Positions 26,966 to 35,489 of a stretch of 64,000 nt of DNA are shown here, in pieces. The position numbers and the translations under genes are program-made. Where the stretch lies: NCBI GenBank assembly GCA_002687895.1, contig NZBL01000003.1:20821-84820 (forward strand), read 5' to 3'. The notes beneath the pieces are model-generated. The model saw only the letters and a program-made list of their open reading frames with translations. It made no database searches and was not told where the DNA came from. Every line of letters starts with the position of its first letter. Within the stretch, counting starts at the first letter, position 1. Origin of the DNA: a bacterium (GTDB taxonomy: Bacteria > Patescibacteriota > Patescibacteriia > UBA2169).

Positions 26966-27481
26966 TTATCTTACAAAAAACCATTTTCTTAAATTTGATT
27001 TAAAAATTGACGCCATAATTCCCATACCAACAACAAAAAGAGTGCTTATTAAAGATGATATAATAATTGACTCAAAAAAAGCATATGAATCAAATATAAA
27101 ATTAGACGCGCTTAAAAAATTGCTTGAATAAAATATAATAAGCTCTATGGCGGCCGAATACGCAAGCAAGCTGAAAAATATTACAGCAATATATAAATTC
27201 CTGGAAACGCTTAAGGCGATATTAGCCTGGCTGTTTATAATCATAAATACTAATATATGAGCAATGGTTAAAACGCCAAAAGGAACTTCAATAATAATTA
27301 AATCAAGCATTAGTCCATATAAAACAGCAGCTAATATTGCTTGGCTGTGCCTTTTGTGTATTGTTAAAAGCGCAATAAGCAAAAATCCTGTATAAAGATG
27401 GAGCTGCTGCGCAATTGAGCCTATAAAAAAATAATCCAATTGAATGGCCGCGAACACTCCTATTAGCAGTAATAATTTCAT
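26966..27481 (-). CDS. mreD: Rod shape-determining protein MreD-like polytopic membrane protein
   Basis: 171 aa, 5 TMs, position downstream of mreC. Confidence 0.5.
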   Translation of the reverse strand: MKLLLLIGVFAAIQLDYFFIGSIAQQLHLYTGFLLIALLTIHKRHSQAILAAVLYGLMLDLIIIEVPFGVLTIAHILVFMIINSQANIALSVSRNLYIAVIFFSLLAYSAAIELIIFYSSNFLSASNFIFDSYAFFESIIISSLISTLFVVGMGIMASIFKSNLRKWFFVR

Positions 27482-27483
27482 TT

Positions 27484-28260
27484 TTATTTAATTAAAAATA
27501 TTTCAATATCTTGAATATTTTGAAGCGAAAGAAAAGGAGTTAATACAGCTGTTTGAAAAAGCTGGCCTTGTGTATAGTTTACAGATGATATTGTTCCTAT
27601 TAAAAGCCCTCGCGGAGTATTTTCCTCTAATATGGAAGTTGTAACAATATCTCCAGCTGTTAATTCAGCATCCTGTGGTATAAGCTCCATTATTAAACCA
27701 AGGCCTCCATTTCCCTTTACTACTGCCTGGAATTCCAAATCACCAGATATTGTCGCGGCAATCGCGCTTGATGGGCTTGTGGTGGGAAGAATACTAGCTA
27801 TTGATGCGTCCGCTGAAATAATTTTTCCAATAAAAACTCCCTGGCTTGTTGCGGCTGCTGATCCAGGATATATGCCGTGCTTTGTTCCCTTGTTTATTAT
27901 TAGCACCTTGTTTCCTGCGACATTGGACTGCGCAAGCACTTGTGCTTGGATTTTTTCTAAAGGAATAAAATCGCCTAAAGAGCTTTCTTCAACTGAATTC
28001 TGTGAAAACAAAGTTTGGCTAAGATAAAACTGAAGCTGTGCTATTCTTTTTTCCTGGTCTTTAGATTTTTCTACTAATTCACTTCCATGAGATATGCCAA
28101 ACCACCAAGTCTGCACAAGAGAGCCCATATTGCTTGAAACAGCCCCGACTAATACAATAGGAGATCTTATAATATTTATTAGTCCTTTTGTTGGAGCTAT
28201 ATAATATAAGATTATTATGCCAGCCAAAATCAGCATTAATATTTTTTTGTTTTTTATCAT
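27484..28260 (-). CDS. mreC: Rod shape-determining protein MreC
   Basis: 258 aa; N-terminal TM, coiled coil, beta-rich C-terminus; between mreB and mreD. Confidence 0.6.
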   Translation of the reverse strand: MIKNKKILMLILAGIIILYYIAPTKGLINIIRSPIVLVGAVSSNMGSLVQTWWFGISHGSELVEKSKDQEKRIAQLQFYLSQTLFSQNSVEESSLGDFIPLEKIQAQVLAQSNVAGNKVLIINKGTKHGIYPGSAAATSQGVFIGKIISADASIASILPTTSPSSAIAATISGDLEFQAVVKGNGGLGLIMELIPQDAELTAGDIVTTSILEENTPRGLLIGTISSVNYTQGQLFQTAVLTPFLSLQNIQDIEIFLIK

Positions 28261-28269
28261 GATATATTT

Positions 28270-29319
28270 TTAAGAAGAAAGCACCATGCTTCCAATTGAT
28301 TCAACTTCGCGCAATAAATTAGAATCATCCAATAAAATTCCTGTTCCCCGAACAACTGTTGTTAAAGGATCATCTACCACATGAACAGGCATTTGCAGCT
28401 CTTTTGATATTAAGGAATCAAATCCTTTCAAAAGCGCTCCTCCTCCGGAAAGCAGAATTCCGCTTTCATACAGATCTCCTATAAGCTCGGCAGGCGCGTT
28501 TTCTACTGTTGTGCGGACCGCGTCTACAATTACTCCAACAGGCCTTTTTATTGCTTCTCTTATTTGCTCATCTGTAATTTCAAACTCCTTAGGCAGGCCA
28601 GTTAGCATGTTTCTGCCTTTTACTTTCATCTCGTGCGCTTCATCGCTAGCTACAACAGATCCAATCTTAATTTTGATTTCCTCTGCTGACTTTGAGCCTA
28701 TTGTAATGTTAAAATTCTCTCTTATATAATCCTGTATCGCGCTGTCAAATTCATGTCCTGCTGTTTTAAGGGAATTATAAGAAACAATTCCAGACAAGGA
28801 AATAACCGCGATTGAGGTATTGCCTCCTCCTATTTCCACCACCATTCTGCCGTATGAATCCTGCAGATTCAGCCTGGCTCCTATGGCTGTTGCAACTGGC
28901 TCGTCTATAAGGTGAACTTCGCGCGCGCCTGCGTTGGTAATTGCGTCCTGAACTGCTTTGCGCTCTACCTCTGTAATATCCAAAGGAATGCTTACAATTG
29001 TGCGCGGGCGAGGAGCTATGGTAAACGATCCTCTGTGTATTTTTTCTATGCAGTGCTTTATCAGTTTTTCTGATACTTCAAAATCTGAAATCACTCCATT
29101 AACAATAGGGCCGACCACAGATATATGCGGAGGTGTTTTGCCCATCATTTTTTTCGCGTCCACTCCAACAGCAACCAGTTGATCGCTCCTTGTATTGATT
29201 GCTACAATGCTTGGCTCATTAATAACAATACCCTTATCTTTTACGTAAAATATTGAATTTGAGGTGCCAAGATCAATTCCAATATCTTTTGAAAGGCTTC
29301 CAAATATATTTTTTAACAT
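28270..29319 (-). CDS. mreB: Actin-like rod shape protein MreB
   Basis: 349 aa; IGIDLGTSNS, DIGGGNTSIAV actin-fold motifs. Confidence 0.9.
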   Translation of the reverse strand: MLKNIFGSLSKDIGIDLGTSNSIFYVKDKGIVINEPSIVAINTRSDQLVAVGVDAKKMMGKTPPHISVVGPIVNGVISDFEVSEKLIKHCIEKIHRGSFTIAPRPRTIVSIPLDITEVERKAVQDAITNAGAREVHLIDEPVATAIGARLNLQDSYGRMVVEIGGGNTSIAVISLSGIVSYNSLKTAGHEFDSAIQDYIRENFNITIGSKSAEEIKIKIGSVVASDEAHEMKVKGRNMLTGLPKEFEITDEQIREAIKRPVGVIVDAVRTTVENAPAELIGDLYESGILLSGGGALLKGFDSLISKELQMPVHVVDDPLTTVVRGTGILLDDSNLLREVESIGSMVLSS

Positions 29320-29325
29320 AGTCCT

Positions 29326-30432
29326 CTATCCTATCACTGCTTTCCAAATTCGTCCACCAAAACGCACAATATCCCTATATGTTATTACAATTGCCAAAAG
29401 CATAAGAAGTACAAATCCGATTCTATGAAACCATGCCTCAATTTCGCGTCTTCCCTTTTTCCCCCTTATCTTTTCCGCGAATAAGAATATAAGCCTTCCT
29501 CCGTCTAACGCTGGAAAAGGAAGTATATTTATTATTGCCAGATTAAAAGATAATACTGCAGTAAAAATAATTACATGAGAAAATCCTAAATCAAGAACAT
29601 CATTAGTTGTTACAGCAATAGCAACAGGCCCTCCAACGCTTCCCGCGCCCTGGCCCTTGAACAGGCCGCTGATGATATTTGCGAACGCAACAGCTATTCT
29701 TTGTATATAGCCTATTGTGGATGTTGTTCCTGCAACAATTGCCTTGTGCACAGGAAATCTAACTGTTCCTGATTCGCTTAAGCCTACGCCTATTATGTGC
29801 CTGTTTTCATCTATATCCTGCATAATTTCTGGCGTAATATTTGCTGTGTACTGCTCTTTTGCGCGTTCATATACAATTATAGATTCTTGCCCTTGTTTTG
29901 AATCAGTAAATTCCTGAAAAGGATCAATATCTGTGAACTGATTACTGTCTGCTGATATAATCCTGTCTCCTATTTCTAGGCCCGCGGCCTGTGCTGGTGA
30001 ATTTTCCAAAACTTCTGTAATAAGCAAATGCGGATCATATATATATTTAGCATCAATATCGCTTGTGCGCTCAATTGGCGCGCCTGCCATAAATAATATT
30101 ACAAGCAACAGCCAGCCTGCCACAACATTCATGGTAACACCAGCGCATACAACAGCAACCCTTTGGTAAACAGGCTTTGAACCAAAGCTATCCTCATCTT
30201 CCTCCTCATTCTCACTGTCTTCGCCTTTTATTTTTACATATCCGCCAAGAGGTATGCTGTTTATGGCGTACTTGGTCTGCCCAACCTTTTTGGCGAATAT
30301 TTTTGGGGGAAATCCTATTCCAAACTCCTCAACCGCTATTTTGCTCCATCGTGCAACTAAAAAATGACCCAGTTCATGAACCAGAACCAGGAAGCCTAAA
30401 ATTACTATAAAAGCGATTATGGTTAAAGCCAT
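29326..30432 (-). CDS. rseP: Site-2 protease RseP/RasP family (M50 zinc metalloprotease with PDZ)
   Basis: 368 aa; HELGHF zinc motif in TM1, PDZ-like middle, C-terminal LDGG motif. Confidence 0.8.
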   Translation of the reverse strand: MALTIIAFIVILGFLVLVHELGHFLVARWSKIAVEEFGIGFPPKIFAKKVGQTKYAINSIPLGGYVKIKGEDSENEEEDEDSFGSKPVYQRVAVVCAGVTMNVVAGWLLLVILFMAGAPIERTSDIDAKYIYDPHLLITEVLENSPAQAAGLEIGDRIISADSNQFTDIDPFQEFTDSKQGQESIIVYERAKEQYTANITPEIMQDIDENRHIIGVGLSESGTVRFPVHKAIVAGTTSTIGYIQRIAVAFANIISGLFKGQGAGSVGGPVAIAVTTNDVLDLGFSHVIIFTAVLSFNLAIINILPFPALDGGRLIFLFAEKIRGKKGRREIEAWFHRIGFVLLMLLAIVITYRDIVRFGGRIWKAVIG

Positions 30433-30974
30433 TATAATGTCATTATTTCTTTTTCTTTTTCTTTTGCGAGATTATCCATATCATCTGCTGCCTTTTTTGT
30501 GTCTTCATCAAGACTTTTGATTTCATCTCTTTTGTCATCTTCTGTTAAATTTCCTTGCTTTTCTTGGGACTCTATGCTCTTTTTTTCTTCTTCGCGCGCT
30601 TTTCTTATTCCTACTTTTGCCTGTTCTAATTCTTGGTTCATTGATTTAACAATTTCTTTTCTGCTTTCTTCTGTCATCTCTGGAATATTTATTCTAATTC
30701 CCGAGCCATCCACAGATGGGGCTAAATTCTTTTCACTAGCAATAATGCCCTTTTCTATGTCTTTTACTATGCTCTTATCCCATGGCTCTATTAGTAGAGT
30801 TTTCGCGTCCTGCACTCCTATGCTCGCAAGCTGGCTTAAAGGAGTTTTTGAACCATAAGCTTCTATCTCAATATCAGAAACTAGGGCCGGGCTTGCTCTT
30901 CCTGTTCTAATATTTTTTAAGTACTCGGAAAAACTGCTTTGAATGGCTTTTGTCTTATCATTAAAATTTCCCAT
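30432..30974 (-). CDS. frr: Ribosome recycling factor
   Basis: 180 aa; characteristic Frr sequence (IRTGRASPALV..., coiled-coil C-terminus). Confidence 0.85.
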   Translation of the reverse strand: MGNFNDKTKAIQSSFSEYLKNIRTGRASPALVSDIEIEAYGSKTPLSQLASIGVQDAKTLLIEPWDKSIVKDIEKGIIASEKNLAPSVDGSGIRINIPEMTEESRKEIVKSMNQELEQAKVGIRKAREEEKKSIESQEKQGNLTEDDKRDEIKSLDEDTKKAADDMDNLAKEKEKEIMTL

Positions 30975-30977
30975 AAT

Positions 30978-32051
30978 TTATCTGGCTAAGCTTACTCCCA
31001 AATACAGCAGATCAGGATTTTCCGGATGGATCTTAAGCTCTGTTGCTGTTCTTGTTGTTGGAAGCATCCGGGGTATCCAATTAAATCCTCCGTCAATTGA
31101 GTGGTAAAGCGTTGATCTTGTTCCATATGTTACTTCTAAAGGATTCACCGGGTCAACTACCAAGGAATATATATTAGCATTGTGCGACCCAGAAATCAAC
31201 GGCAATTCTACCCAGTCTTTGCCATGGTTCAAACTTCGCAATAATCCAAACGCGGACGCATACACAACTCCAGAAGGCACAAGAACAAAATCGCGCCCAT
31301 CATCTGTTCCCGCAAATTCGGTAAAAGCCTCATCAAAAAATTCCCAATTTTTTCCTTCATCTAAGGATCTAACTAACCCTTTTCCTTTTACTAATGCATA
31401 TATTGTTTTTTGAATAGTTGGATGAAATTCCATATCAGTTAGCACAACACTGCCCAAGGACGAATATATCCTCCAAAAAGTGCCACTATCTTCTGATATT
31501 AATATATCTCCTGAATCTGTCGCAGCCAAAAGAATGTTAGGATTATTAGGATTAAGCACTATGCTTGTAATTAATATTGATGAATCATCGCTTGTGTAAA
31601 TAGAGCGCCAATGTATTCCCTGATCCCCTGAAACCACGATCGTGCTTCCAATTGCAGCGTATATAACTTTTGGATTGTCTGGATGTATGGCAATATCCGT
31701 TATATGCATGTTTGATAGTATCAAATCCCAAAAATGCCCTTTGTTCCAGCTTACCCACAAGCCTGCACGATCGCTTATGGCAAATACTTTATCAGGATCA
31801 TCTGAAGAAAATATAATCTCTTTTATATCAATTGATCCAATTGTTTTTTTAGATGTTCTGTCAGCAAAAATTGTTGATCTATGCTCCCAGGTCTCGCCTT
31901 TATTTTGGGTTACCCAAACTCCTCCATCTGCTTCTGTCTGAACTGCTCCTGGAGTGCATGCCGCGCCTAAAAACACTAATAATGCGGCAATTGATAATAA
32001 TTTTGTTTTTGTCATATAGATATAATAGATTGCTCTGCAACCAATTGCCAA
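30978..32051 (-). CDS. Secreted/lipoprotein-like beta-propeller protein with BNR/Ycf48-like W-containing repeats
   Basis: 357 aa; signal peptide plus GAAC; repeated GxxW motifs (GETWEHRS, GHFWDL, GIHWRS, GTFWRI, GKNWEF, GKDWVE, GGFNWIP). Confidence 0.45.
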   Translation of the reverse strand: MAIGCRAIYYIYMTKTKLLSIAALLVFLGAACTPGAVQTEADGGVWVTQNKGETWEHRSTIFADRTSKKTIGSIDIKEIIFSSDDPDKVFAISDRAGLWVSWNKGHFWDLILSNMHITDIAIHPDNPKVIYAAIGSTIVVSGDQGIHWRSIYTSDDSSILITSIVLNPNNPNILLAATDSGDILISEDSGTFWRIYSSLGSVVLTDMEFHPTIQKTIYALVKGKGLVRSLDEGKNWEFFDEAFTEFAGTDDGRDFVLVPSGVVYASAFGLLRSLNHGKDWVELPLISGSHNANIYSLVVDPVNPLEVTYGTRSTLYHSIDGGFNWIPRMLPTTRTATELKIHPENPDLLYLGVSLAR

Positions 32052-32755
32052 TTTTGGCTGATTGGCCTGCTTAGGGAATCTAAAAGTATTCTAATGGCTT
32101 TTGAAAGCTTTTTTGAATGATGCTTAAGAAGCTCTGCGCGCAATACAGGGATTAATGATTCTATCCAATCTTGAATATGCTCCTTTTCTACTCCAGCCTC
32201 TAGCCATACTCTCATTCTTTGGTTGCTTGAATCTTCTTTAAGAATATTTTGAATTAGTGAATTATCCTGATTTTCTGATTCTATAACAGGCTTTCCACTG
32301 AAATAGAATGGCACTGTTCTTGAATATATTGTGGGCAGAACTTGATCTTTGTGATTTATAAGCAGAAATATGTATGTATTTTTTGCTGGCTCTTCTAAAA
32401 TTTTCAAAAACGCATTCTGCGCTTCTGTGTTCATTGCATTTGCGCTGTTTATGATAAGCACTTTTTTGTCTGAACTAATAGGCGTCTGTGCTAGCCATGA
32501 TCGTGATTCACGGATTTTATTTATGCTTATAATGCTCTTTTCTGGAGAAATTGACCTTATGTCTGGATGATTTAAATCTTGCGACGGTACAAAATCAATT
32601 AAAAATGATTTTAACAACTCTGTTCTTCCTATGTTTCTAGCTCCAATAAAGCTATACGCATGGCTTAATGTTTTATTATTAGCGCAATTTTGTAAATATA
32701 ATAAAATCTGTTTCTGCATAACTTCATTATACATAAAATTGATTGATTGCGTCAA
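32012..32755 (-). CDS. holB: DNA polymerase III delta' subunit-like (HolB; degenerate AAA+)
   Basis: 247 aa; N-terminal LSHAYSFIGARNIGRTELLKSF resembles the delta' degenerate P-loop region. Confidence 0.55.
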   Translation of the reverse strand: MTQSINFMYNEVMQKQILLYLQNCANNKTLSHAYSFIGARNIGRTELLKSFLIDFVPSQDLNHPDIRSISPEKSIISINKIRESRSWLAQTPISSDKKVLIINSANAMNTEAQNAFLKILEEPAKNTYIFLLINHKDQVLPTIYSRTVPFYFSGKPVIESENQDNSLIQNILKEDSSNQRMRVWLEAGVEKEHIQDWIESLIPVLRAELLKHHSKKLSKAIRILLDSLSRPISQNWQLVAEQSIISI

Positions 32756-32761
32756 ATTTTG

Positions 32762-32795
32762 TAAAAAAATGGCCGAACACTTTGTTCAGCCATTT
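32762..32795 (-). terminator. Rho-independent terminator (minus strand) ending the small-ORF transcript upstream of holB
   Basis: aatggccgaaca-ctt-tgttcagccatt hairpin (11/12 bp) preceded on plus by A7 (T-run on minus). Confidence 0.55.
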
Positions 32796-32816
32796 TATAA
32801 ACTGCTATAGTCGCTT

Positions 32817-33041
32817 TTAGTAGTATTTTTCTTGGGGTCTTCGTTCTGGCCAAATTCTCCTGTTTCCGCTTCCTCCTCCGCGTTTTCTGCATTCATGTTT
32901 AGCATCAAATTCATCAACACCTTGTACCAAAAGAAAGCCAGTCTCACCTCCCCACAGAGTTGATATCACTTTTCCACTACTCCCAACTACTTCTCTTTCC
33001 TTTGAAGATAATTCCTTATCAACAAATTCTTCTGATACCAA
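32817..33041 (-). CDS. Small hypothetical ORF (74 codons, TTG start only), Gly/Arg/Glu-rich
   Basis: ORF track; in-frame TAG 34 nt upstream so only a TTG start is available; poly-G immediately upstream; composition atypical for the window. Confidence 0.25.
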   Translation of the reverse strand: MVSEEFVDKELSSKEREVVGSSGKVISTLWGGETGFLLVQGVDEFDAKHECRKRGGGSGNRRIWPERRPQEKYY

Positions 33042-33060
33042 AACCCCCCAGTTGTATTCA

Positions 33061-33267
33061 TTAGTCTTCGTGGCCTACCTCCTTTTCGCCAACTTGCTCT
33101 ATACCTGTCGCATTATATTTCTTAGTACTAAGAAGTTCGTTAGGTTTCTCGACAGCTTCCTCATATGTCAGATTCGGTTCTGAAAGTCGTTTTGGATCTG
33201 CGTCTGGTGCTGCACCTTTTTCTACGACAACCACAACAAAGGTGCAACCAGGAAATAATGAATACAT
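33061..33267 (-). CDS. Small acidic hypothetical protein (68 aa) with good SD
   Basis: Minus strand aaaggagtattgctATG; MYSLFPGCTFVVVVVEKGAAPDADPKRLSEPNLTYEEAVEKPNELLSTKKYNATGIEQVGEKEVGHED. Confidence 0.4.
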   Translation of the reverse strand: MYSLFPGCTFVVVVVEKGAAPDADPKRLSEPNLTYEEAVEKPNELLSTKKYNATGIEQVGEKEVGHED

Positions 33268-33294
33268 AGCAATACTCCTTTCTTAAATGAACAA

Positions 33295-33322
33295 TTAAAA
33301 AACCCTAGCTCGTGCTAGGGAT
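33295..33322 (-). terminator. Hairpin with U-run on minus strand (CCCTAGC-TCGT-GCTAGGG) just upstream of the small-ORF SD; first of two similar palindromes
   Basis: aaaaaaccctagctcgtgctaggg on plus; second copy ccctagcctgagctagagg at 33353-33371. Confidence 0.4.
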
Positions 33323-33637
33323 ATGTTGAAAAAATTATTCAAATCAAACTTCCCTAGCCTGAGCTAGAGGAGGATGAAACTGCCAGTACTTTTGACAATT
33401 GATATGTTTGAATATTTTTCATATCTAGTATTATTATAGAGCCATGAACTTTATATGTCTATATCATCTTGTTAATAACTAAATTGACTTAAATTAAAAC
33501 TATTATATTATTAATATAATATAATAAAGCAATTAGCCAAGAACTACTCCTTTTTCTTCATTTTCACCTGATTAGGATCAGTTTTTGATTAGCGTTGGAG
33601 CAAATTGCTCCTTTATAACCAACCCAAGGGGGAGGAG

Positions 33638-34315
33638 ATGTCAGATAATAACGGATTTGTAATACATGAGCCTAATAAGTTTTCCAAATTCATTAAAGAT
33701 GAGCTGAATATCCCATTTAAAATCGCAATACATGGCTTGGAGAATTCTTTCTCAAGCCTGGTGACTAGAAAAGCCTTGGAAAGCATTGGGCTTTCTTTGG
33801 GATATGATGCTATTCCTGTTTATTCAAAATCCGCGCGCAATACAGTAAACGAGGTAATGAACAGGAAAATTTCACTTGGCGTTGTTGCTTCAATAAACAA
33901 TAACGTGGGATTTGTTGATGAAACAAGGCAGGCTTTTTTAGATAATGGCGGCACAATGCTCTGTATAACCTGCTGCACGCTTGAGATAGAGCAATGCTTG
34001 ATCGCGCATCAAAGCATTGTAGATATCAATCAGGTATTAGCTATAAAAGCCCACCCAATGGCGCTTAGGCAGTGTTTAGAAAAGTTATCGCACAAATATC
34101 CTCATATTAAACTGCTTGACAGTTCTAATGAGGACGACACTGCAAAATGCGCATTGGACATAGCAAGCGGCATTGTGCCATCAACAACCGCAACCCTGGC
34201 CTCTGAAGAAGTAATACAAGGAGATGCCAGGATTAAATGCATAAAAAAAAGAATGGAGACAAGGCATCCGAACATTACCACCTTTCCCATATTTATGAGT
34301 TCCCCCCTACCATGA
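33638..34315 (+). CDS. Prephenate dehydratase (PDT) domain protein lacking an ACT domain
   Basis: SD gggggaggag before ATG 33638; alignable by eye to the PheA PDT domain (KIAIHGLENSFSSLV ~ RIAFLGPKGSYSHLA; VLAIKAHPMALRQCLEKL ~ VYSHPQPFQQCSKFL; TAKCA ~ TSAAM; NITTFPIF ~ NFTRFVVL). Confidence 0.55.
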   Translation: MSDNNGFVIHEPNKFSKFIKDELNIPFKIAIHGLENSFSSLVTRKALESIGLSLGYDAIPVYSKSARNTVNEVMNRKISLGVVASINNNVGFVDETRQAFLDNGGTMLCITCCTLEIEQCLIAHQSIVDINQVLAIKAHPMALRQCLEKLSHKYPHIKLLDSSNEDDTAKCALDIASGIVPSTTATLASEEVIQGDARIKCIKKRMETRHPNITTFPIFMSSPLP

Positions 34316-34326
34316 GGAGTCAACAA

Positions 34327-34368
34327 GAGCCCGGCTTGGTCTAAACCTTGCTGGGCTTGCTTTTTTTT
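34327..34368 (+). terminator. Rho-independent terminator of the PDT-like gene
   Basis: agcccggcttggtctaaaccttgctgggcttgc followed by T8. Confidence 0.55.
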
Positions 34369-34395
34369 AACGTTCCATACGGTGTGGAACGTTAA
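34367..34395 (-). terminator. Perfect palindrome hairpin at the 3' end of the second mreB
   Basis: ttaacgttcca-tacggtg-tggaacgttaa overlapping the stop codon; A-run on plus gives U-run on minus. Confidence 0.5.
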
Positions 34396-35405
34396 CTCGC
34401 GACTAAAATACTGCGCTTATATGATTCAAGATTCTCCAAGGCAACTCCAGTGCCTTTTGCAACGCATAACAATGCCTCATCAGCAGTATAGGCTGGAACA
34501 CCAGTTGCCTGCGCAATTAAGCGATCCATATTTCTGAGCAAAGATGATCCGCCTGATAAAACTATGCCTTTATCAATCACGTCTGCAGATAATTCCGGAG
34601 GCGTGCTTTGCAGTACTGTTTTAACAGATGAAATAATTCCTTCTAGTTCAGCTTGAATAGCTTCTGTTACGTCGTCTGATGAGACAGTAACTGTGCGCGG
34701 TAATCCAGATACCATGTCTCGGCCCCGTACTTCTGTTGACATCTTTTTCTGGAGATATAAGGCAGAGCCAATGTTGATTTTAATTTCTTCCGCGCTTCGC
34801 TCGCCTATTGCTAAATTATATTTTTTACGTATATGCTCGCTAATCGCGTTGTCAAACCTATTGCCTCCAATCCTGACTGAATTATTTGCAACAATTCCGC
34901 CTAAAGAAATAACTGCCATTTCACTTGTGCCGCCGCCCATGTCTATTATCATATGCCCGCTTGCTGATCCAATTGGAATGTTAGCGCCGATTGCTGCGGC
35001 TATTGGCTCTTTTATAATATAAGCTGCTTTTGCGCCACCAGCGATTGTAGCATCAATGACTGCGCGCCTTTCTGTTGAAGTAATTCCAGCTGGAACAGCT
35101 ACCATGACTTCTGGCCTGAATAACCTAACTGATCCAACTGCCTTGTTGATGAAATACTTTAGCATTGCTTCTGTTGTTTTGTAATCAGCAATCACACCCT
35201 CGCGCAAAGGGCGTGACGCCACAATAGTATCAGGTGTTCTTCCAAGCATTTCTTTGGCATCATCTCCAACTGCAAGCACTTGCTTGTCATTCAAAGAAAC
35301 CGCAACAACAGACGGTTCATTCAAAACAATGCCTTTTCCAGGCAAATGAACCAATGTGTTTGCTGTTCCAAGATCTATACCAATTTTATTTACAAATATA
35401 CTCAT
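34392..35405 (-). CDS. Second actin-like MreB/Mbl paralog
   Basis: 337 aa; IGIDLGTANT, DMGGGTSEMAV; about 45 percent identical by eye to the mreB at 28270..29319. Confidence 0.85.
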   Translation of the reverse strand: MSIFVNKIGIDLGTANTLVHLPGKGIVLNEPSVVAVSLNDKQVLAVGDDAKEMLGRTPDTIVASRPLREGVIADYKTTEAMLKYFINKAVGSVRLFRPEVMVAVPAGITSTERRAVIDATIAGGAKAAYIIKEPIAAAIGANIPIGSASGHMIIDMGGGTSEMAVISLGGIVANNSVRIGGNRFDNAISEHIRKKYNLAIGERSAEEIKINIGSALYLQKKMSTEVRGRDMVSGLPRTVTVSSDDVTEAIQAELEGIISSVKTVLQSTPPELSADVIDKGIVLSGGSSLLRNMDRLIAQATGVPAYTADEALLCVAKGTGVALENLESYKRSILVAS

Positions 35406-35489
35406 AGTTTGTTCATCTTACCAGAAGTTGCTTGTTAGTCAACCAAAAAATACCTTACAAGTTAATAGTAAGGCCACTTAATAGCTTAA

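Noticed and set aside
33041-33061. Possibility that the two small acidic ORFs are one gene split by a frameshift at the C6 tract
   Set aside because: The frames cannot be joined by a single slip at the homopolymer: an in-frame TAG at 33075-33077 closes the downstream frame before the upstream ORF ends.
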